DNA of 64,000 nucleotides from Octopus vulgaris (lineage: Eukaryota), in assembly GCA_951406725.2 (NCBI GenBank), contig OX597836.1, positions 28,210,001-28,274,000 of the forward strand. Reading direction: 5' to 3'. The notes beneath the pieces are model-generated. The model was not told the DNA's origin. It worked only from the letters and a program-made list of their open reading frames with translations, and searched no databases. Positions 53,096 to 64,000 of this stretch are shown piece after piece. Position numbers and translations under genes: made by a program. The first letter of the stretch is position 1; each line of letters opens with the position of its first letter.

Positions 53096-53686
53096 GTCTT
53101 ATTTTTAGTCCTGCTGGGTTTCTAACAGCCCTCCTCACTAACGAAGCCTAGTGGGGTTGGGGTTATTACTGGATTCCATGTTACCAATAACACTCGTGAG
53201 AGACCTCACAAGTGACTTAATATCTAAAGTGGTAGAATGGGGTGTTGGTATGTTTATACCCTTGTAAGCAAACCAACACAAGTTCGACAAAAAAAGAGCG
53301 ATTGAATAAACACCAGACTTCATAAAGAAAATAATATGCACTGGAGTTAACTCGTTCTAGTAAAATCCACCGAAGCAGTACCCCAGCATGGCCGCAGTCC
53401 AATGATTGAAACAAGTAACATCAGTATTCTGCAGCACACTGGTATTTCAGCCTGGCTGTGTTTGTAGACAGTTGAAAAGAATACTTTTAACAACAACAAC
53501 AAAATTAAATGATAGCACTGTAGTTGCAGGTGGGGCCCCTTGTAGTTGCAGGTGGGCCCGCTTAGTCTCCTAGCAACCAATATTTTTAGACCCAGTCCGC
53601 CATTGCTTTTAGAAAAATTTTTTAGTTCAGGTGTACTGTCAAATTTTGAAAAGAGTATAAGAGTACCGCGAGTGGAAAAAAGGTTG

Positions 53687-54285
53687 CGGCAGACAATTTC
53701 TAGTTAACTAAACACTTTAAAACTTCGTATACTGGTAGAATGTGTCAAATTAAACATTTTTTTCTCTTGGCTTTCTTGAGAAAATTGTAATTTGTTTGTT
53801 TAATGTAGTTTAATTTTTCAAATTTTAAGCTAAAATTTAAGCTTTTGAGCTAAAATAATTTTCTGCGTCTAAAACTGAGACATCCTGTAACTAACCCTAA
53901 ACCCACCCCTAACCCTAACCCTAAATTTTTTTTTTTCTTAATTGTTAAATTAATTTAATTGTTACGCGTGTAAAAAAACTAAAGCAATGGAATTAAATTA
54001 ATTTAACAATTAAGAAAAAAAATTAGCGTTAGGGTTAGTTAGTTACAGGATGTTGTCTCAGTTTTAGACGCAGCAAATGATTTTAGTTGAATGGAGGTAA
54101 TCGATTGGTTAAAATTGCCGAAATGCTCGGATTTTCAGACGAAATATCTTACAAACTATAGAATTTTCTCAATAAAACCAAGAGAAAATGATGTTTATAA
54201 ACACATTCTACCAGTATACGAAGTTTAAAAGTGTTTAGTTAACTAGAAATTGTGTTGACATCTGCCGTTCAAAAGGATAAGATCC
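53687..54285. mobile_element. Fold-back/MITE-like DNA element with internal telomere-like CCCTAA/TTAGGG repeats; partial inverted copy at 59181-59382
   Basis: acaatttctagttaactaaacac...ggtagaatgtg pairs with cacattctacc...ctagaaattgt. ccctaaccctaaccctaa lies at ~53907. Confidence 0.8.
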
Positions 54286-57200
54286 CAGCTCTACGTAACT
54301 TCGGCTGAGGTAAAGAATAGGCACACCACCCGTTTCGGCGTAACCCTAACCCTAAACCTGGCTGCCTCGTGTGCGTATTCTTTACCTTCGCCACAACTTC
54401 TACTAAGACGTTGAGCTAGCAGAATCATTAGCACGCCGACCAAAATGCTTACCGGTATTTCGTCTGCGTTCAAATTCTGCCGAGGTCGACTTTGCCTTTC
54501 ATTCTTTCGGGGTCGATTAAATAAGTACCAGTTACGCTCTAGGGTCGATATAATCGACTTAATCCGTTCGTCTGTCCTTATTTGTCTTCTCTGTGTTTAG
54601 CCCCTTGTGGGTAGTAAAGAAATAGGTATTTCGTCCGCCTTCGCGTTTTGAGTTCAAATTCCGCCGAGGTCGATTTTGCCTTTCATCCTTTCGGGGTCGA
54701 TAAAATAAAGTACCAGTTGAGTACTGAGGTCAATGTACAATCGACTTACCCTTCCCCTAAAATTGCTGGACCTGTATCAAAAATTGAAACCATTATCGTT
54801 ATTATAGGCGAAATGACTCTCTCAGAACAACAAAATTCTACTATAAAATATCCGTATATTCCCGCCAATTATTCTAACCCATCATTAACACCCCCCACCT
54901 CCTTTATCAACTACACCGCTCTGCAACCCACCCCCTTATTTCAGGGCTACTAACTCCTACTCCCGATCAGCCTCTTCCTGACCACCGTCACCACCATCTA
55001 AGTATTTCTCCCGTTATAACCCCTACTCATACTGTTCCTACCGTCACCAAGGGTACCCCGCTTAAAGCTAGTTACCCTTCAAACACCTCTAATAACACAT
55101 CTATTACTCCTACTATTACTCCTATTCTTCTTACTACTATAACTGTTACCCCCGGCATTGCACCCTCTTCTGAACGAATATCACATCCTCCCCCTCTACA
55201 TCCCACTCTGTACTATATTACCTTCTATTATAATCACCACCAACATCAACAAACTAAATAATAATAATAATAAACAAGTAAATCAATCAAAGCCGAGTCG
55301 AAATCGAGGCTGGTTCTGCTCAGTTGTTGATATAGAAGTGCGAAGGTGCATCACGTAACGACGCATTGGTGGATGGTACAGGTGCAGCTGCAATAACAAG
55401 TGTTCCAACAGCAACAACTTTATGTATGTGTAGGTCTGTATGAAGTTTCTACATATTTGCTAAATACATTTGTTTATCTGATGATGTAGGCTTTAAAAAA
55501 GACGCGATGGACACGGCTGGACTGTCTTTAAAGTTATGCGGCTAAACAACAATATCTGTCACCGGTTTATAATTGTCATCATTCGCATCATGTTTGTTAT
55601 TATTATCATCTTTGTTTTCCAACTTCATTGAAATTTCGTTTTTGCTTTTGGTTGGAAACTTCGTCACACTTCACTGGGAAAGAAAAAACATTGAACCGGG
55701 AAATTCTCGAAACAATCCTTACTTGTTGCCTTTTTTAAAGAATAAAACACAAAAACAGATATTCTCTCTCTCTCTCTGTATATATTTTGACACACACACA
55801 CATACACACAACTTTAGGCTGCAGTGTGGCCCAATAGTTAAGAAGTTCGCTTCACAACCACGAGATATCAGGTTCGATTCCATTGCCTCGGCTCCACTCA
55901 TACTCTGATTGAAATTGGATGGACAGAAACTATAGAATTCCATCGGGTAGATTAATACCTCTAATTCAATAAGAGAATTGCAATTAGAGTACACGTGCCT
56001 GTGGAATACTCAGCCACTTATAAATTAATTCAGGAGCAGGTAATTTGTCGGCGAACGGCGGAGATCCGCACACACGCGCCAACACACATATATATCCTGC
56101 TGGTTAAGGAATTTAAGATGAATCTATTTTCATTCCACTCTGTGAACTTTTGTTATTCTCCCACAAAGATCTTTACTTACTACACCGCTCTAGTTGTACG
56201 ATTTAACTCAAAACTTTTTGGCGAAAAACAATATATTTTTTAATATATATATATTGTATATATATTTATTTACTGATTGCTATATAGATTGGTTACCATA
56301 CTCTTTACTCTTTTACTTGTCGAGCAAATCGACCCCAGGACTTATTCTTTGTAAGCCTAGTACTTATTCTATCGGTCTCTTTTGCCGAACCGCTAAGTTA
56401 CAGGGACGTAAACACACAAGCATCGGTTGTCAAGCGATGTTGGAGGGACAAACACACAAACATATATACACACATACTTATATATATACGACGGGCTTCT
56501 TTCAGTTTCCGTCTCACAAGGCTTTGGTTGGCCCGAGGCTATAGTAGAAGACACTTGCCCAAGGTGCCACGCAATGGGACTGAACTCAGAACCATGTGGT
56601 TGGTAAGCAAGCTACTTACCACACAGCCACTCCTGCGCCTACTGGTCATTATGTAAAAAAGACTACTTCTCGTCCTGTCCGGGTCGATAATCTAAAGTAC
56701 CTATTAAGCACTGGGGTTAGTAATCGACTTCCTCTCCGAAAATTGTTGGCCTTCTGCCATAATTTGAAAGATTTATGCAGAGAAGACAACGATTAAAACG
56801 ATAAACATTGGAGAAAAATAGAAAAGTTTGCGTGTCTAATATTTAAAAGACCACCTTATTGATAAGTCAATGAAAGGTTGTTAAAATATGATGGAGTACA
56901 TAGATATAACAACTGTTAGATTCGGTGAGAATGAGTTTATAGAGAAACAAACACACGACAGTCAATAACTATTTCTTTACTACCCACAAGGGGTTAAACA
57001 CAGAGGGGACAAACGGATTAAGTCGATTACATCGACCCCAGTGCGTAACTGGTACTTAATTTATCGATCCCGAAAGAATGAAAGGCAAAGTCGACCTCGG
57101 CGGAATTTGAACTCAGAACGTAACGGCAGACGAAATAAGGCTACGCATTTCGCCCGGCGTGCTAACGTAGTCTTGATTATACTGAGAAGACTTACCTTGA

Positions 57201-59924
57201 TGACTCAGGTTGAATTCGAACTCACGACTGCGAGATACAGGTGTCCGAAATGTTATCTTCTTAGCTACTTTTAATATTGATTTCAGCTTATGGCACAAGG
57301 CCAACAATATTTTAAAGATGGGACTAAGTCGATTACATCGACTCCAGTATTCGTCTGGTACTTATTATATCGACTCCGAAAGGATGAAAGGAAAAGTCGA
57401 CCTCGGCGGAATTTGAACTCAGAACATAAAGACGGACGAAATGCCGCTAAGCATTTTGTCCGGCGTGCTTACAATTCTGCCAAGTCGCTGCCATAACCAC
57501 TTTTGATATTGGTTTCTAACGTCTCACATTTCGGGGTAGGATAATAATCAATGCCGGTACTTCACTGGTACTTATTTGTCGACCACCGCATAACGATGAA
57601 AGACGAAATTAACATCGATGGGATTTGAACTCGGAACGTAAAGAGCCGTGACTGAAATACCTATTTCTTTACTACCCACAAGGGGCTAAACATAGAGGGG
57701 ACAAACAAGGACAGACGATCGGATTAAGTCGATTACATCGACCCCAGTGCGTAACTGGTACTTATTTAATCGACCCCGAAAAGATGAAAGGCAAAGTCGA
57801 CCTCGGCGGAATTTGAACTCACAACGTAACGACAGACGAAATACCACTTAGCATTTCGCCCGGCATGGTAACGTTTCTATACCGCTGCACCGATTCAGCC
57901 ACTTCACTGCCCTTTTCTGTTTTAATTTGGGAAGTCTAAGACTAACTTTGTGTTAGGAATAATTTGTCAGTTCTCGAGTGGTAACAATGCTTACATATAA
58001 AGAGATAGGGGTCTCACGGTTTATAGGAAGGTGGTGGTGGTGGTGGTGTTACAGGTCAGCTCCATACTCAAAAACCTTCCAGCCGCGACTTCCCTGTTCT
58101 TTTATAATAGGGGTTTTGTATCGAGTGTTTCCTTTTTTATAAGACTGTTAAGATTTGATTTAAAGGAATTCGACTGCTATTTCGGTAAATTTTCAGATTA
58201 ACACCCGCACGATTTTCACTCAGAAAAAAAAATCGGATTGTTTGCGTGGAATCAAGTACCCTGACCTCCTAATATGCTGCAAATCCTTTATTTTGGTTCG
58301 GAAAAAAGGTGGGGGCGATGGGGGATATTGCCGATATACTTAATAACGAACCGTGTAATTCACACTCTGGAAAATTTATTTCTGTAAAATGTTTTTGGTT
58401 TTTTTTCGTAAACACACAAGATATAGTCTATAAATTTAGGATGTTTTTGAAAGATACTTTATTTTATCATCAGAATATATATACTTTCTCACACAACAAT
58501 TAAGATATATTTATTTTAAATCGTTTATATTTTATTTTGGTTAATTTGAAAATTTACCGCTATTTCTTTCTATTAAGCGGCGAAACTTATAAGTAACAGG
58601 GCCGAATTACAAAAACGTTAGGATCTTGCTGGGACGTATCTTTGCTAATAAAAATTATGGCCCTTTCGCGAATTCATAATTATGTGACTTATAATCAATA
58701 ATTATTTTGGTTTTAATCAAAGCTCAACCTGTTGCTTTCATGAGGGTGGGTGGGTTAACGAATTCGTCAATGCAGTGGCATAGTTAAAGTGTGTGCCACC
58801 CGTGACCGCCCTTCTGTTTGCCGACCCCGGACTCCACAGACAACACATATTGCTACAGCAGACCCAAAAGTGCTGCCCGGGGCGGACCGCGGCAAGACTT
58901 TCGCCCCCCCCCTTTTTTTTTCGGCTACGGGGAATACGAATCTGCAAAAAGATTTGGCAAAAATCGACATTTCTAAATTACTAACCCACCTCCATTTCCT
59001 TCATTTTAAACTTTTTACAGATTTTTTTTTTCAAAATATGCGGAAAAATACGGAGATTGTGATTCTGGAAAAAATTTTCAAAAATCTTTGTAAAATTTTT
59101 TTCCAGAATTTTTTCTTTTCTAAATATGCGGAAAAATACGGACATATGTGCATATTAAATGCTTTCAAAATATTTAGTTTGGATCTTTTCCTTTTGAACG
59201 GCAGATGTCAACACAATTTCTAGTTAACTAAACACTTTTAAACTTCGTATACTGGTAGAATGTGTTTATAAAACATCATTTTATTCTTGGCTTTATTGAG
59301 AAAATTCTATAGTTTGTAAGATATTTCGTCTGAAAGTCCGAGCATTTCGGCAATTTTAACCAATCGATTACCTCCATTCAAGATCCTTCAGTTTGACTGA
59401 AAAAAATACCTCCACCTTAACGAAGGCGGAGGTATTGTTTTCAGTTGTGTTTGTTTGTTTGTCTGTGAACAAAATATCTCAAGAACTATTGGGTGGATTT
59501 GGATGAGACTTTCAGGGATGTTTGACCTCGTGACTGGTATGAACTGATTTGGCTTTGGGATCAACTCGGTACCGGACAAGGATTCTTGATTATTTTTCCG
59601 TTTTTTTTTTTTTTTTTACTTAAATTTTGAAAGTGGTTGGGTTCGTTTTTAATATTCGTTTTTAATAAGAGCAACCGAGTTTATGTCAGATATTCTCATT
59701 ATAAAAATCATCTCTGGCTAATCGTTGAGAGGACGTTGGTGTTGCCTTGGTGGAGGTTTGCACTCTCCGTGTGCTCGTGTTGTTATTATTATCATTATTA
59801 TTTTTATAATTATCATTGTGTGTGTTTGTGCGCGCACACAGTTTCTGTATAAAAGAATGGCAAGTAATTAGAATATCATTTATTCATTCAGGTGTCTTCC
59901 AAATTCAAGATATAAAAGAAAAAG

Positions 59925-60348
59925 ATGACAGGCGACATCTTTGCCTATACCAGTCACTTGTTATGTCTGGTATTGCTGGTGTGTTTGTTGTGTCGGCCTC
60001 CTTGTGTGTGGACCGCTCGAATGGATGATACTGGCTTCTACACCGACAACGGCCTGAAACAGTCTGTGATGGTCAGCCGGATCCCACATCGTGTGAAGAA
60101 GGAATTTCAACAAGAAATACTTACCTTGATGGGATTACACCACAAACCAAAACCGCGAGCTCCCGGTAAGGAGACTTCTGCTCCCCGCTTCATGATCGAT
60201 CTGTACAATAGGCTGCATGGTTCAGGTGCCAGTGGATCCATTGAAGACGACGATGAGGATGAACACCCCCACTTCTTCAGCAGAACTTTAGAAAATGAAA
60301 TGCCTAAACTCAACAGTTCTGATGTTATCATGAGTTTTGTCAACCATG
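59925..60348 (+). CDS. BMP5-8: First coding exon of a BMP5/6/7/8 (gbb/60A subfamily) TGF-beta ligand: signal peptide plus N-terminal prodomain
   Basis: Hydrophobic signal peptide followed by KKEFQQEILTLMGLHHKPKP, SAPRFMIDLYN and SDVIMSFVN, the hallmark BMP5-8 prodomain motifs. Phase-1 donor G|GTGAGT at 60349 falls right after MSFVN, as in vertebrate BMP7 exon 1. An acceptor (cattcAG|59892) upstream of the ATG implies a 5' UTR exon. The rest of the gene lies beyond the window. Confidence 0.93.
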
Positions 60349-60395
60349 GTGAGTATTTACTCATTATTATCATCATTATTATTATTATTATTAGT

Positions 60396-60715
60396 GAAAG
60401 TGCGTGGCTCAGTGGTTAGAGCTTCGAGCTTACGATTGTGAGATTGCGAGTTCGAATCCCAGACCGGGCTGCATGTTGTGTTCTTGAGCAAGACACTTTA
60501 TATCACGCTGCTCCAGTTCACTCAGCTGTAGAAATGAGTTGCGATGTCACTGGTGCCAAGTTTTATCAGCCTTTGCCTTTCCCTTGGATAACACTGGTGG
60601 CGTTGAGAGGAGAGGCTGGTATGCATGGGCTACTGCTGGTTTTGCATGGAATTGTGTTTGGGAGGTTAACTTTCTAGGTACAATCCCATGGTCAGTCATG
60701 ACCGAGGAGGGTCTC
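60396..60715 (+). mobile_element. tRNA-derived SINE family D; also ~7035-7376 (-) and ~20112-20441 (-)
   Basis: Head gcgtggctcagtggttagagc...gagttcgaatccc with a shared body ending gtcagtcatgaccgaggagggtct. Confidence 0.85.
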
Positions 60716-60969
60716 AGCATTATTATTATTATTATCATTATTATTATTATTATTCAAGATGCTTAACGGTATTTTTCCCGTTGCTACACTCTGAGTTCAT
60801 ATTCCGCCAAGGTCGATTTGACCTTTCGTCTTTTTGGGGGTCAATAAAACAAGTACCAGTTGAACACTTGGTGTCGATGGCACCTTGGGCAAGTATCTTC
60901 TACTATAGCCTTGGGCCTACCAAAGCCTTGTGAATGGATTTGGCAGACGGAAACTGAAAGAAGCCTGTC

Positions 60970-61017
<48 letters not shown>

Positions 61018-61539
61018 GTGTGTATATGTTTGTGTGTCTGTGTTTGTCCCCCCCCCCAACATCGCTTGACAACTGATGGTGTGTTTATGTCCCCGTCACT
61101 TAGCAGTTCAGCAAAAGAGACCGATAGAATAAGTACTAGGCTTACAAAGAATAAGTCCTGGGGTCGATTTGCTCAGCTAAAGGTGGTGCTCCAGCATGGC
61201 CACAGTCACATGACTGAAACAAGTAAAAGAGTAAAGAGTATATATATATGTATATATATACACACACATGCACATACACACACACTCCCATACTGCATAT
61301 ATAACATCAGTAGAGGATATCCTCTCTCTCAGATTACCTCTAAGTAGAGGAATTATATCCTGTAAATTTGGTTAATTTGCCATCAAGCAGGCAGACAGCC
61401 AACATAAATATTGGTTGGTTGGTTGGATGCCACTTACTGATGCGCAAAGACAAGAGCAAGAGAAAGAGGCCATGTGTTGTCAGACAAAGTGAGAACTTCT
61501 ATGTAGCCACTGCCAAATTTTCCTCCAGTCTCTCTTTGT

Positions 61540-62205
61540 CATCTTAACCTTTCTGATACTAACTCTGTCTGAAACTGGCTCCGGTTCCATAATACAAAAG
61601 TTCCTGTTTGAACGTGACACAAATTAAAACCTTCCATCAAAATTTCATGTTTATCTTATGTTCCAAATACCGGGTTAATTTGTGTCAAAGTTATTTTCTT
61701 AAATTCTTCATTCTTTTCGATGAAGTTGCATATTTTAACCCTTTCATTACTGTATTTATTTTGAGACGCTCTGTGTTTCTTTCAATTACTTTAAATATAA
61801 CAAAGAGTTTATTAACCCTATTGTTACTAACCGGGCTGGAACCGGCTCTGGCTCTGAGTACAAATGTCTTGTTTTCATGAGTTTTGAATTAAAATCTTCC
61901 ACCAAACCTTAGTCACAATTTATGTTCCTAACACTAGCTTAATGATTACTAAGTTATTTTACTAAATTCTTTGTTATATTTAAAATAATTGAAAGAAACA
62001 CAGAGCATCTCAACAGAAATACGGTAACAAAAGGGTTAAAATAACTTAGTTATCACTCAGCTAGTGTTAGGAACATAAATTGTGACTAAGGTTTGGTGGA
62101 AGATTTTAATTCAAAACTTACGAAAACAAGACATTTGTACTACAGAGCCAGTTTCAGCCGGGCTGGTATCAAAAGGGTTAACAGAAATATGGCAACAAAA
62201 GGCTT
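61540..62205. mobile_element. Nested piggyBac-type MITE cluster in BMP intron 1
   Basis: A plus-orientation copy (~61812-62039) sits inside a minus copy (~61735-62181). A third related copy surrounds both. Each insertion is at a TTAA-like site. Confidence 0.7.
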
Positions 62206-63794
62206 AAAAGAGGGAGGACATAATAGTTAACTCTTTAACTGTGAGATTAAATTTCATGGTCGTTATTCCAGTAAAATCTACCAAAAGTAGAATTGTTATT
62301 TTCTGCAAGTCACATTGCCTCTATAAACTTGACATACATCATTATCGTTTAACGTCTGCTTTCCATGCTAGAATAGGTTGGGCAATTTGACTGAGAAATG
62401 GCGAACCAGATGGCTGCACCAGGCTCCAATGTTGATCTGGCAGAGTTTCTACAGCTGGATGCCCTTCCTAATGCCAACCACTCCGAGAGTGTAGTGGGTG
62501 CTTTTACATGCCACCGGCACGAGGGCCTGTCAGGCAGTACTGGCAACGTCCTCGCTCGAATGTTTTTACACGTGCTACCGGCACAAGTGCCAGTAAGGCG
62601 ACATTGGTAACAATCACGCTCGAATGGTACCTTTCACATGCTACCGGCACGGAAGCCAGTTAGCCGCTCTGGCAACGATCACGCTAGGATGGTGCTCTTA
62701 GCACCCTACTAGCACAGGGCACAAGTGCCCATAAGGCGACTCTGGTAAAGATCACACTCGAATGGTGCCTTTTTTGTGCCACTGGCATGGAAGCCGGTTA
62801 GCCGCTCTGTCAACGATCACTCGTATGGTGCTCTTTGCACCCCGCTAACACGGATACCTCAGCAGAAAATAGTTTCAAATATGACATTCTTCAACAAAAT
62901 TTAGATTGATATATAAAGCTGCTTCCTGCAGTTAAGGATAATTAAATTTTGGGTGGAGATATCTGCTTTCCACAGTAAAAGGGTTAAGGTAGTCTTAGAC
63001 ACTTTATATCAGAAGGCAAGGCACCATAATCATGGCCAGAATATCACTTAAGGATCGTGTTCTGATTACTAAAGACAAATATGTTATGATATTTACACGG
63101 AAGGGTCACTGAGTGATCAGAAGTTTGCTTCTCACATGCTTCTGACTTCAGTCTCACTGAAGTGACACCTTGAACAAGTGTTTTCTAATATAGCCCTAGG
63201 CCAACCAAAGCTTTCTGAGTGGATTACATCAACATCATCATCATCATCACCATTATCATCACCATCATCATCAACATCATCATCATCGTTTAATGTCAGT
63301 TTTCCATGTTGGCCTGAGTTGGACAGTTTGACAGAAGCTGGCCAGTTGAAGGGCTGTTCAGGCCCCCCCCCTGTCTGTTTTGGTATGGTTTCTATGGCTG
63401 GATGCCCTTCCTAGCGCCAACCCCCTTACAAAGTGTACTGGGTGCTTTTACACAGCTCACCATCACACACACACCATCAACATCATCATCATCATCATCG
63501 TCATTTTAATGTCTGTTCTCCATGATGATGGGGGTGGGGTGCATGCATTGCTGTATCCTCACCTTGACATCATGTGATTGTTGTAAACAAGTGTCAGCAT
63601 AGAGGTCTACTTTCAGTTTCCCTCTACCAAATCTATTCACAAGGCTTTGGTCAGCCCAGGGACTATTGTACAAGACACTTGCCTCAAAATACCATGAAGT
63701 GGGGGGAAGCAAACTTCTTACCACACAGCCATGCCTGCACCTAAATATTTAAATCAACAGTTTTCAATCACAGCTGACAAAGGTGCATATGGCC

Positions 63795-64000
63795 CTAAAG
63801 CAACCTTTTCATGGCCCTCAAGCAACCTTTTCATGGCCCTCAAGTAACCTTTTCATAACCCTCAAGCATCCTTTTCGTGGCCCTCAAGCATCCTTTTCAT
63901 GGCTCCCAAGCATCCTTTTCATGGCCCTCAAGCAACCTTTTCATGGCCCTTAAACATCCTTTTTGTGGTCCTTAGCAGCCATTTCGTGGCCCTCAAGCAT
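63795..64000 (+). repeat. 22-bp minisatellite (aaccttttcatggccctcaagc)n running off the window edge
   Basis: About 9 degenerate copies are visible. Confidence 0.9.

Noticed and set aside
53890-54360. CCCTAA/TTAGGG repeats as a telomere or fusion site
   Set aside because: Only 2-4 units, internal to a dispersed fold-back element.
58775-58930. GC-rich patch as BMP core promoter
   Set aside because: It begins cagtggcatag and ends ...ggctacg, with internal gcc.cccg repeats typical of a small hAT-like MITE. A regulatory role is not supported.
60349-60419. C-terminal extension GEYLLIIII... of the BMP ORF, and N-terminal extension of ORF 44217
   Set aside because: Intron read-through beyond the clear splice sites.

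Overview
AT-rich, repeat-saturated animal genomic DNA, very likely a coleoid cephalopod (Octopus-type). That assignment is inferred from the tRNA-derived SINE families and the dense (TA)n/(CA)n/(CAT)n microsatellites. Most of the supplied ORFs are microsatellite or SINE artefacts. Two host genes are supported, both on +. The first is the last two coding exons of a claudin/PMP22-like tetraspan protein with a PPxY-bearing tail (24245-24421 and 44332-44687, joined across a ~19.9 kb intron). The second is the first coding exon of a BMP5/6/7/8 (gbb/60A) ligand (59925-60348). Transposon content includes two mariner relics, three Penelope-like (PLE) relics (one with a GIY-YIG domain missing from the ORF track), Helitron, RTE, CR1 and L1/Tx1-like fragments, piggyBac-type TTAA MITEs and several SINE families. 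The most interesting signal is a set of 8-10 minimal hammerhead-ribozyme (HHR) motifs in unrelated short elements. Several lie in the loop of long fold-back hairpins embedded in (TA)n tracts, and one lies behind a tRNA-derived Pol III head. Many 'empty' hairpins look like loop-deleted relatives. A SINE flanked by a 231-bp direct duplication is also present. All structures were read by eye; repeat boundaries are approximate.
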